DNA of 20,000 nt, taken from NCBI GenBank assembly GCA_021432655.1, contig MU271228.1, positions 113,935 to 133,934 on the forward strand, in the 5' to 3' direction. The notes below the pieces were generated by a model. It saw nothing but the letters and a program-made list of their open reading frames with translations. It ran no database searches and had not been told where the DNA came from. The position numbers were made by a program, and so were the translations under genes. This DNA comes from Atractiella rhizophila. Lineage: Eukaryota. Numbering within the stretch: position 1 is the stretch's first letter; the number at the start of each line of letters is the position of its first letter. This document shows, piece after piece, positions 1-9,741 of this stretch.

Positions 1-1
1 C

Positions 2-3000
2 GCATCTTCATCCTCCCAGCAGGCCAATCCTGCCACCGAAGGCGCCTCCAATCGGCACCTAGGAGCGGGACTGGCCCCCATTTCAGAGAATAGGAAAAGC
101 GGAGCATCCCAGACTTTGACCATTGGTCCAAGCACGAGTCAGAGCGAGAGGAGGAGTAGTCATGTTAGTACGGACGAGACACCGAGTAGTGGTTATTCGA
201 ACCCGGCAGAAGTGAAGGTGGGTGTTGCCAAGAGGGAGACTGTCAACAGGCGGGAGAGCGAGGACGGCAAGGCGGAAAGTCACACAACCGCCGTCGCTGC
301 AATGGTACATAACCAGGAGATGGAACGCAGAGAGGAGCGAGGGGAGGAGAGGAAATCAACATTCCCGACAGACGTCAGCCTGAAATCGAACGATGGGCAC
401 GCGGATAGGATGCTTTCTCCATCCATCGACGGAGTGGTAAGAGGAAAGGGCGAGAAACGTTCATCGATGGCCAGTCAAGCTTCCAGGCTTTCAAACGCAT
501 CTTTCGACATGAGGAACGTCCCAGTTATCTTTGGGACATCGTTGGCAAAAGGAGAAGAGGTCACCATGTTCACAACTGACGAGGAGAGTGCGAGCGATGG
601 TGGTGGCGATAGATCTTCATCCGCAGCTTCGACAGCCATCCCGCTCTCTTCGAAAACTGTCGGTATGGGACTGTTGGGTATTGAGAGACGGGGTGCGAGC
701 CCAGGGAGGGCGTCTTCGAGGAGTTCCCAGGCGATGGAAACACTCATGGATGAAGTCGGTGGAGATCATGAGCTCTCGAATGCCGCCAGTTCAGGTCCGA
801 TCTCGAATGCAGCTAGTAGCGCAGGCTCACAGTCCAATCCACCGACTCTACCTTCCTTGCCTCTCATCTCTCCTTCCCTCCAGATCTCTGGCTCCTTCTC
901 CCCCTCTTTCAACATCGCCGACATCAATTTCGACTCTCCATCCGATTCTAACGCCTCTAACACCCCTTGGTCAGCTACGAGTAACAGCGCAAGCGCCAGT
1001 GCCCCTCAGGCGTTCAAGTCATTCAGGAACTATTCCGAAACGTCCGTCTCGACCGGTAAGAAGGAAGTTAGCCTCGGAATCAACACTCCTTCTACTGGAA
1101 TAAGTGGCATAGGATCGCCGGCCTTCTCCTTCTCGTCGCCTTCTGCAGACGGATCCACGGAGAACCTTCTCTCGAACATCGGCCATGCGCCTGCGAAGGT
1201 TAGCAGAGGAAGAATGGTATATAATTCCCGGACCTTGCAGCAGGGACAAGGGCCGCGAATGCTGGAGGAGAGGATGAGGACTGGATCATTGCCTCAGATC
1301 AAAGAAGTGTACAAGGAGTCCGAAATGTTGGCTCCAAAGATGAGACCGCGAGCGATGTCGGACAGTCCTTCCCCTTCTCCCTCCCCGCGAAAAACGGAAT
1401 TCGACATCCGCCCTCAACCTGCTTCCACAATGATGACGCCCGCGACCACACTCAATATCCCTAAACCTCAACGAATGTCTAGATCCCCGTCTCTGCGTTC
1501 GGCAGTCTCTGTCAAGAGCTCAAATAGCAGTCTCTCCCCTTCTCCTTCTGTCGCAGCTTCGCCCTCTCTAATGTCGCAACGGAACCCCCGCGCTTCTCCC
1601 GTCCCCACTCCCGATGCTACCCAACAAACGAAAGAGGAACCGTTGAAACGTTCTGCGACACAACAGACCGCGAGTTCGATAGGAAATCAAGACGGAGGAT
1701 TAGAAGCGATACCGTTCGAATGGAACACTTTATCCGTTACGGAGGCTAGAAAACAGCTGGACCCTAGAGAATTACAGGATATTATTGTAGCAGCTATCAG
1801 GGAGTACAACGATAGTCCTAACAGTCTGCTTATGGGGAAAATGGAGGATGTCGTTGCTGATCTAGAGAAGTACAAAGGTGTTAAGGCAGACTTAGAAGGT
1901 AAATTCCTTTGGACTCGTAAGACAATGTGTGACTGATGGAAACTTAGCGAAATACGGAAAGGAAATTACCCGGCGCGGAACAGTCCTGTCGAGGCATGTT
2001 TTGTCCTTGCGTGCATTCAATGGAGAAGAAGGAGGCCGATTTGCTGAAGGTCAGTTTCTCACAACAGTAGACAGTCTGAGACGACCTGACAATATGCTTC
2101 AGGCCTTGTGAGGGCAGTTAACAAGTCCGATCAACTCTCACAGCGCATCGCTCAGGTTTCGGACCATATTAACAAAACAGAAAAGCTGAGGGACGAGCAT
2201 TGGCGCGCTGCCGCAAGCCTGAGTTTGGCGAAGCTCAACGCTTCTTATCTCAAGACGAAGGACAGAGTTAAAGCTTCCCAGGTTCAGGTTCGTACGCTGG
2301 AAGAGGCGTTGAAGAAGAGCGATGAGCAGAAGAAGGAAGCTTTGGAGCGCGTCAAGGAGCTCGAAGAGCATATTCGCATCCTGCAAGAGGCTAACTCTAT
2401 GCTACTTTCGCAGGCGATGGAGAATCCAACATCAACCAACAGCCGATTCTCAAAGTCTTCAAGCTCTGCCCATGAGTATCAGTCAAATGCAGGCAACGTA
2501 CCTTCCATCCGCGGACCTGGATCGATAGACAGCTATTACTTCCACGAATCTGAAATGTTGCCTTCCCGTCAAAGCTGGGCAACGGCCACCGAACCCAATA
2601 CCCCTTACACCAGTACCACCCACGACTTCCGTCTCTCACAATTCCCTGTTCCACCTCCAGAACTGCCTACAAGAGAAGTAGATGTACCAATCATCACAAC
2701 AGACTCCAGAGGGCTTCTCACCCCGACATCCATCAAGTCTCCTCGTAGGCGTCGGCGGAAACGATCCTCTGTTCGTCCAGAGTCATCTATTCCTGAACAT
2801 GGCGAGACGGACGATGAACGAGATCCCATCACAAGCTCGAACAGCGCATCCCCTGTTCCTAAGCAAGGGCCATTCAGGTCGGTGAACACAATGCCCTTTC
2901 CAGAAGACCGCCCGGATTCAGAACCAGACCTCATCATCACCATCGATACGATTGGGAAAGATCACTCAGCCAATCGGCCGCAAAAGCTGACGGAGTCACC

Positions 3001-3514
3001 TGAACCGACAACACGAGACCTGCATTCTGCATCATTCATCGACACCAGGAAGGGCTCGTTGGACGAAGAGCTGGAAGAACTCAAGGCGTCGTCGTCGCCT
3101 TTGTCGCCCTTGTCTCCCGATGAGAACGGTGAAGGGAAAATGACAACTTCGAGACGTCTGGCTAGCGCTATTCGACAACGGATAGGATCACTCAGACGTT
3201 CAAACTCAGGCTCTTCGACCTCATCTCCCCGTCGAAGATCCATCTCTCTGCCTTCGATCATTGCAGGTGTCACTGCTCAGGAACCTCCGTCGTCTCCACC
3301 CCAAGACGACTCCAAATATGACCCCTTTGCACCACCACCAATGAGACCCCTTAAACTTTCGACTGCGAAGCAGATCCTTGAATCACTGGCAGAAGAAGAA
3401 ACCGATGGTGAAGGAGTTGACCCCATAAGAGTCAACCTTTCCTCAATTGCGTTGAGCTACCTGGACTCAACAGAAATTGCTCGCGCTTTGGTCGAGCTTC
3501 GGGATTTGCGTTAA
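2..3514 (+). CDS. Large Ser/Pro-rich, mostly disordered protein with central coiled coil, possibly a Uds1 (up-regulated during septation)-like domain; 5' end lies outside the window. Exons <2-1898, 1948-2049, 2103-3514 (at least 1136 aa)
   Basis: The frame of ORF 116..1936 is open back to position 2. Introns 1899-1947 (GTAAAT..CTGAT..TAG) and 2050-2102 (GTCAGT..CTGAC..CAG) join ORFs 116-1936, 1929-2111 and 2108-3514 in frame: ..ADLEAKYGKEITRR..RFAEGLVRAVNKSDQLSQRIAQVSDHINKTEKLRDEHWRAAASLSLAKLNASY.. followed by a heptad-rich stretch. The Uds1 resemblance is a recalled pattern only. Confidence 0.75.
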
Positions 3515-4052
3515 GCAACTTTTTTACATTTTTACATTCAGTTTTCGACCCCTTGTTCGTTTTCATTATTATTCAACCAGAGGGATCGTTGCATCAATTC
3601 GTACGCAACCTGGATATTTTATTTCGCGTTTCTATTACCCGTTCCTATGTAAGGAACTTGTTCATGATTAATACTCCTCCGTTTTTTCTTCAAAAAAACG
3701 CTAGTTGGGCAGGGACAGGAATAAATTATCCCTTTGATATGGATATACCCTTCGACATCTTATCATCTTGCAAATTCTAGAACTTGCGAAGTTGGGGTTT
3801 CGACATCCATGTGTTTCATAAATTCAGTTCAAAGCTTCACTTCTGTACATGTAACATTCATGTTCTCAACATCTTCAGGGCTTTCTCGACCTTCAGTTCC
3901 ACTCACAGCATCTTTTTTTCGATTCTTTCTCCTTTTCACAAAGGCTACTAACAATCCGTACCCGTCATGCCATCAAAAGGAACTGGTTGAAATCAATTTT
4001 CTCTTTGCAACAACGAAACACTCGATCCAGCTCGTAGTAGTAACAACGAACA

Positions 4053-5867
4053 TCAATCCACTAATCCTTTCAGCTCCCTTCCAATCAGGAACCGTCGAAT
4101 CTCTTGCGTTCCTGCTCCGACTCGGTACAACTGTGCATCCCTCCACAACCGACCTGTTGGGTACTCGTTGATGTATCCATTCCCTGTCATTCAAATCAGC
4201 AACACTCATTGTGTGTGAGAAAAGCAAGACTCACCTCCAAGGGATTGCATTGCTTCGGTCGTTACCTCCAACGCTCGATCGCTGGAATAAAGGATAGCGC
4301 CAGCACAATCTTGACGACTGACATAACCAGCATCACACGCCTTCGCGACCGCATAAACGTAACTTCGGCTCGCGCTCAACTTAGTATACATGTCCGCGAT
4401 CTTGCCCTGCATGAGTTGGAAGTCGCCTACTGACTTGCCGAATTGTTTCCGCTCATGGACGTAAGGGAGGGCAATGTCGATGGCAGCCTGCATTAAGCCT
4501 AAGGGACCACCGGAAAGCACGAGACGCTCGAGGTCTAGGCCGGACATGAGGACGGCAGCGCCGTCGTTCACTTTGCCAAGCACGTTCGTCTCCGGCACCT
4601 CGCAGTTCTCAAAGACCAGCTCGCAGGTATTGGAGCCGCGCATTCCGAGTTTGTCGAGCTTTTGTGCCGTCGAGAAACCTGGGAAGGTGTTTTCGATACT
4701 GCAATCACTTCGTCAGTCGTACCAGGGTTGGTGAGAAGGACAAACGGACATGAAAGCAGTGATACCTTTGCTTCCCTTCTCTGGCTCTGTTTTTGCATAA
4801 ACTATAAGAGTAGAAGCATCCGGCCCATTCGTGATCCTATTCGCCATCCAGCCATTTAAGCTACATAGAATGCAGGGGATAAAGTCGACTCACCAGAACT
4901 TATTCCCGTTGAGGATATACCGATCCCCTTTCTTCTCGGCCTTGAGCTTCATCCCAACGACGTCCGATCCCGCTCCAGGTTCAGACATAGCAAGTGATCC
5001 AACCTTCCTCCCGGCTATGAGGTCCGGCAGATACTTCTCCTTCTGCTCCTTCGTGCCGTGGCGATGGAGTTGGTTCACGCAGAGGTTGGAGTGTGCACCG
5101 TAGGAAAGAGCGATGGAGCCTGAGTATGTGGAAAGCTGCAAAGTTCATTAACATTTGTATCGTGGGAAATGACCAATGGGTAAGTGGCGGCCAACAAATT
5201 ATAGCAAGGACAAACTCATGGTAGCAATACGAACCTCTTGACGCGTTCTCCAAACAAGGAAGGAGCGTCCATCACAAAACCTCTTAACTTTTCATGTTTG
5301 ATAAAATGTTAGAGTTAGTTGGTGACTTGAGACAATAGAAGATGTCAGCCCATTGTGGGTAATTACACCTTCTTCTCAATTAATGTTTCCATTACTTTTG
5401 AATGATATGGAAGTTCAATGAAAAGAAGCTGGCAAGATGATATGAAGTTTCATGAAATAATAAATGGAATCTTTGTAGTAAAGTAAGAACACGCACCACC
5501 TCCATAATAACAGTATGACCCCAATATCCACCCTCCAAACCACCATATTCCTCTTTCGCGGTAGGACCCAGGATTCCTAAATCCCCCATCTTCTTCCAAA
5601 GATGATTTGGGAACGCGTTATTTCGATCGACCTCAGCTGCAATCGGTTTGATTTCCTTCTCTGCCCAAGCAGTGACGGTCTCTCGTAGCTATGGTCACAC
5701 TCATCAGCATGATGGCTTCCTCGTACTTAAAAAGAGAGAACGACCTCTTGCACCTCGGGCGGAAGTTGATGAAGTGAGGGAAGGTAGGTTGTGCTGAACT
5801 GCCGCCGTTTACAAAGCCCTTGCACAGCGCGCGCAGGAGTAATCAGGCGAAGACTCGGGCGTAGCAT
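4053..5867 (-). CDS. IVD: Isovaleryl-CoA dehydrogenase, mitochondrial (acyl-CoA dehydrogenase family). Exons 5867-5745, 5688-5497, 5135-4894, 4836-4750, 4698-4235, 4183-4053 (412 aa)
   Basis: Arg-rich N-terminal presequence [26 protein letters not shown]. Motifs [78 protein letters not shown] (IVD-type catalytic Glu position), [12 protein letters not shown] and [27 protein letters not shown]. Five GT-AG introns give a continuous frame. Confidence 0.95.
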
Positions 5868-6456
5868 TTCGTCGTGCTGGGGAGGATATGAAGGTGTAAG
5901 GTGAAAGGAAGTTTCCTGGGGGTGTTCGTCGCTCAAGCCAGCGACGCAGGGTGGAGAGGAAGGAGCGGGAAGCCGTTTCCAACTTTGCGACTTGGCTGAC
6001 TATCCCTCACTATACCCGTAAAGTAGGGACTACGTGCTTCACTAGATAGAGTCCGCTGTTACAAAAAGGGCAGGCTAGCTTGCTTGATTGACACGGTTGA
6101 TATTAACGCATGAGATCATCGATCAGTAGGACCGGTTTTGATCAGTTACGGTGACGGCGTCATTACATCCGGTGTGCCAGGTTCTCGCTTTCGAGAGGCA
6201 GCGTCCAGGAAACATTTCGAGACGTGACACCATCTCCACATTTATCCTCGCAGCAAGAACGTTACGCGCCTTTCCAGTGGCCAGGCCTACATAAGCATAA
6301 GCATATAATCCAGCAGAAGAGATCTTCCACCAGCTTCCAGAATCCAGCTTCGGTTCGACACGCCGTCTGACTCTGATCACTTCTCCCCTTATAACATTTC
6401 AGAACAGTTCTTGCAGTTCTCCATCAGTATCAGCTTCTACGACAGTGACCTTCAGC
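5868..6456. promoter_or_regulatory. Divergent intergenic/promoter region between IVD and the FAD oxidoreductase
   Basis: Head-to-head ATGs at 5867 and 6457. TATA-like elements (CATATAA near 6302, TTATAA near 6389) lie upstream of the + gene. Confidence 0.45.
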
Positions 6457-7839
6457 ATGTCCGAAGCAACCAACAAAGGTAAGACTCAAGTAGTAATCGT
6501 GGGAGGAGGGATCATGGGTGTTTGCTCCGCTTACTACCTCCTCCATTCCCAACCTCAAGCTGAAGTTGAAGTAACACTCATCGAAGAGTCCTATATCGCA
6601 GCAGGAGCTTCTGGGAAGGTCCGTTTCTTCTTTTCATCTTCTACCCTTACTCACAGGCTGCAATCGCAAGGCTGGCGGTTTCTTGGCCTCTGATTGGATC
6701 TCTCCTCCCACCGCAGACCTAGGAACCCTTTCCTACAAGTTGCATCAGGAGTTGGCTCTCGAACACGGAGGGGCTGAAAAATGGGGATATCGGGGGATAA
6801 ACACCTACGGCGTCACCCTTGATCCAACCCAGACATCTCCTTCTTCCGTCTCACGAGCATGGGAACCCGAAAAGAACGTCGTCTTCTCCTCTGTTCGCGC
6901 CACGCCTTCTCCCATCGTGCAAGAACAGATCGAATCTTGGCTCGACACTCAGGCTATTCAGAGCGTTTCGATCTTAGGCACGGACCAGACCACTGCCCAA
7001 GTGGATCCTCTCCTCTTCACGAGGGAACTGTTTCGCCTGTCTAGGGAGAAAGGTCTGAAGTATCTGAAGGGGGAGCCGGTGCGAGTGGAGATGGACTATC
7101 AGACACGGGAATTGGAGAATGTCACGATTCGACGGACGGAATCAGCAAATGCGGATGATGGAATGGAGGAGAACGACCCATCTTCCTTCCCGACAATCCC
7201 TCCTCAGAGCCTACTCGGACTATCAGAGCGAACAAACTCGTGATAGCGGCTGGCCCATGGACCTCACACGTCCTCCAGAAACTTGGCATCTTTCCGCCAA
7301 CCACTACTCTCACGCTACCCATCATTCCCCTGCCTGGACATTCCCTCATCCTCCGCCCTCTGTCATCAACTCCCCTACCTGCCAGCGCGATCTACGCTTC
7401 CGTCAAAGGCGCACAAGCCGGGGAATATCCTCCTTGCCCTGAAACTTTCAACAGGCCAGATGGAACGGTTTATCTGGCAGGAGCGAACGGAGGAGTTCCA
7501 GTCCCCGCCTCAGTCTCAGATTCGCACCTCTTACATGACCGCAAGCGCTTCGATGAGCTCTTGCGCAGTGCGAAGCTCATCTCCTCCCATTTGGACGTGG
7601 ATGCTGGCAGATGCGAAGTCATAAAGGAACAGCTGTGCTTTCGCCCTCTTACTCCGGATGGACATTCGATCCTTGGAGAGATTGTCAAGGATGTCTTGGT
7701 CTGTACTGGCGCTGGACCTTGGGGCATCACGCTCGGTCCAGGGATGGGGAAAGTGGTTGCTGAAATGATATTGGGAAAGGAGAGGAGTGCGGATATCGAG
7801 GGATTGGGAGTCGAGAGGTGGTTGAATAAACCGCGGTGA
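6457..7839 (+). CDS. FAD-dependent oxidoreductase, D-amino-acid oxidase/glycine oxidase (DAO) family, resembling yeast Tda3/Yhr009c-type proteins; intron 6619-6670; apparent -1 frame break between about 7159 and 7243
   Basis: Rossmann motif VVIVGGGIMGVCSAYYL..VTLIE; AAGASGK|AGGFLA across intron 6619-6670; TTAQVDP; KLVIAAGPWT; EQLCFRPLTPDGHSILG; TGAGPWGITLGPGMGKVVAEMIL. The two halves (ORF 6683-7243 and ORF 7240-7839) are in different frames with no good canonical intron between them. Confidence 0.85.
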
Positions 7840-7955
7840 ATATGGCTTTATTTGTACAGTGCCTGCTCTTTGTATCAACTGTGGGCTAAAATTACTGGGA
7901 ATGTGTATTTGTCTTGCAAATCCGGCACGAAAGAAACGAGTGTGTATATGACTGA

Positions 7956-9516
7956 TTACTCAGTCTTTTTCTCCGCTGTGACTGGCGGTCGTTTGAAGCC
8001 CTCCATCGCCTTATCAGCATTGGTGAACTGTGCACTCTCCTCAGCCTCTTCTTCCTTCAAAGCAAGTAAAATGAAACGTACCCAACGTGCCGCATCCCTC
8101 AACCAACTAGGCAAGCCTCTCTCCAACCAAGCAAAACCAGTATAGAACGGGACATAAATCTCTCTGCTCTCACAGCAGTCCAAGACCTGTATGACCTCCT
8201 TCGCAACGTTATGAGGCTCGACAATTGGGCAGAAGAAGGAGGCGAGGCCTGGTGCGATGCGGATGGAGGAGAACATCCGTGTGCGCACTTGACCTGGACA
8301 TAAGAGGGAGAGGTGGACGTTCCGTAGGTTTTTGGTCGAGGGACTGTTCTTGAGTTCGGCAGTGAGGGAATCGTGCAGCCCTAACAAAGCAGCCTTGGAG
8401 GCACAGTAATCACCTATCATTTACAGGTCAGTGATGACAAGAGTGAGAGCAGGTAATGACCCACTTAGTTGGGAAACTCCTATGTGCCCAAGTACAGAGG
8501 AGACGGTCACCTTTACCACCCAGACCAATCAGAATGGAAACCAAAAATAGAAGAAGAGGAGTCGAACAATGTGACCGTGATCGCTCTTGATCATGGCAGG
8601 GAGGAAAGCTTTGATAGTCCAAAAGTGGGCGAGCACGTTGACGTCGAAGGTCCTACATCACAAATCCAAATGGTCCATCAGGAATGAGCCCAAGGGAGGG
8701 AATGAAAGAATATTACTTTTTGATTTCGTTTTCTGAGAGGTCTAGCAAAGACTTTCCTTGCACTACGCCTGCGTTGTTGATGAGGATAGTTGGATCGCCT
8801 AGCTTTAGCCCATTCGTCAGATAACATCAAGGGAGGCGAGGGAAAGCGAAACGTACTTCCTTCCTGATTTCTTCAGCCACTCGATCCACCTCCTCTTTCT
8901 TCCCGATATCACACTTGAAGAAATAGACGTCGTCTACGAGGCTGCGTCAGCACTTTACACAAGAGAATCAAGTCGAATGGTGGAGGCACACCATAATTGT
9001 CAATATAGTCAGGCTCTTCAACATCCAGGACAACAACGACGACATGCCGAACCGCAAGCGTCTCCGCTATGATCCGTCCAATCCCATTCGCTCCTCCGGT
9101 GACGACGACGACCTCCGTCTCCCAGTCTGTCTTCCTGAAATGGGTCAGACCCACCATCCCGAATCGCCAGGAACGGTTAGCGTAGACGATGTGTGACCAT
9201 CGGAAGAGGAGGAGGACAACAGTGCTGAACACATATACGCAGGAGTAAAAGAAGACGTTGGTGTTCGTTCCAAAACCCTTTCCAAAGGTTGAATGTAAGC
9301 ATATTTTCACGCGGGAAGGTGAAGGAGACGAACCTGTGTCATGTAAACTACCGGTACCCACATTGCGAAAGCTGGATTGAGGATGGACAAATCGGCCACC
9401 TTGATGAAGAGGTCGATGTCTGCTGAAGGGTCAAAAGGGCATCAGGTTTGAGAACAAAACTCACCAAAATGATCCCATATGGCCGTAGGCTCTCTGTTCA
9501 TTGGTATTTCAGCCAT
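7956..9516 (-). CDS. Classical short-chain dehydrogenase/reductase with hydrophobic N-terminal membrane anchor (retinol DH/17beta-HSD11-like group). Exons 9516-9465, 9419-9334, 9277-8992, 8933-8857, 8802-8717, 8652-8568, 8510-8465, 8413-8082, 8027-7956 (373 aa)
   Basis: [12 protein letters not shown] (TGxxxGxG), [42 protein letters not shown], catalytic YCASK (YxxxK) and LLCPGQVRT. Eight GT-AG introns of 45-64 nt give one continuous frame. Confidence 0.92.
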
Positions 9517-9741
9517 TTTTAATGAATTCCAGCGAAAGCTCGTCCAGCAAGCACAAAGAGCAAAAAGAAATCGTGGTGGTTCGAAATGCACGTGCCCGAG
9601 AGTACGTAAACCGCGCCAAATATTTGGGGACAATCAATCCCAAACTCTCGCCCGCACGAAAACCAAACGACCAAGTCCTCTAAATTTCTAGCTGCCTTTT
9701 TCTCTCGCCAGCTTGCTTGGTCGCCCTCGCATGCGCTTGCG
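9517..9741. promoter_or_regulatory. Very short divergent intergenic region (probable bidirectional promoter)
   Basis: Only 225 nt separate the head-to-head ATGs of the SDR (9516) and the Pro/Ser-rich gene (9742). Confidence 0.55.

Noticed and set aside
774..820. Short coding repeat (SNAASSGPISNAASS, 27-nt period)
   Set aside because: An ordinary micro-duplication in a low-complexity disordered region.
3515..4052. ORFs 3553-3780 and 3734-4171 between the convergent genes
   Set aside because: An AT-rich convergent 3' UTR/terminator region; the translations look non-coding.
5136..5496. Box C/D snoRNA or TPP riboswitch in the long IVD intron
   Set aside because: No RTGATGA box C properly paired with a downstream CTGA and terminal stem, and no TPP aptamer consensus seen. 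Kept only as an unexplained long intron.
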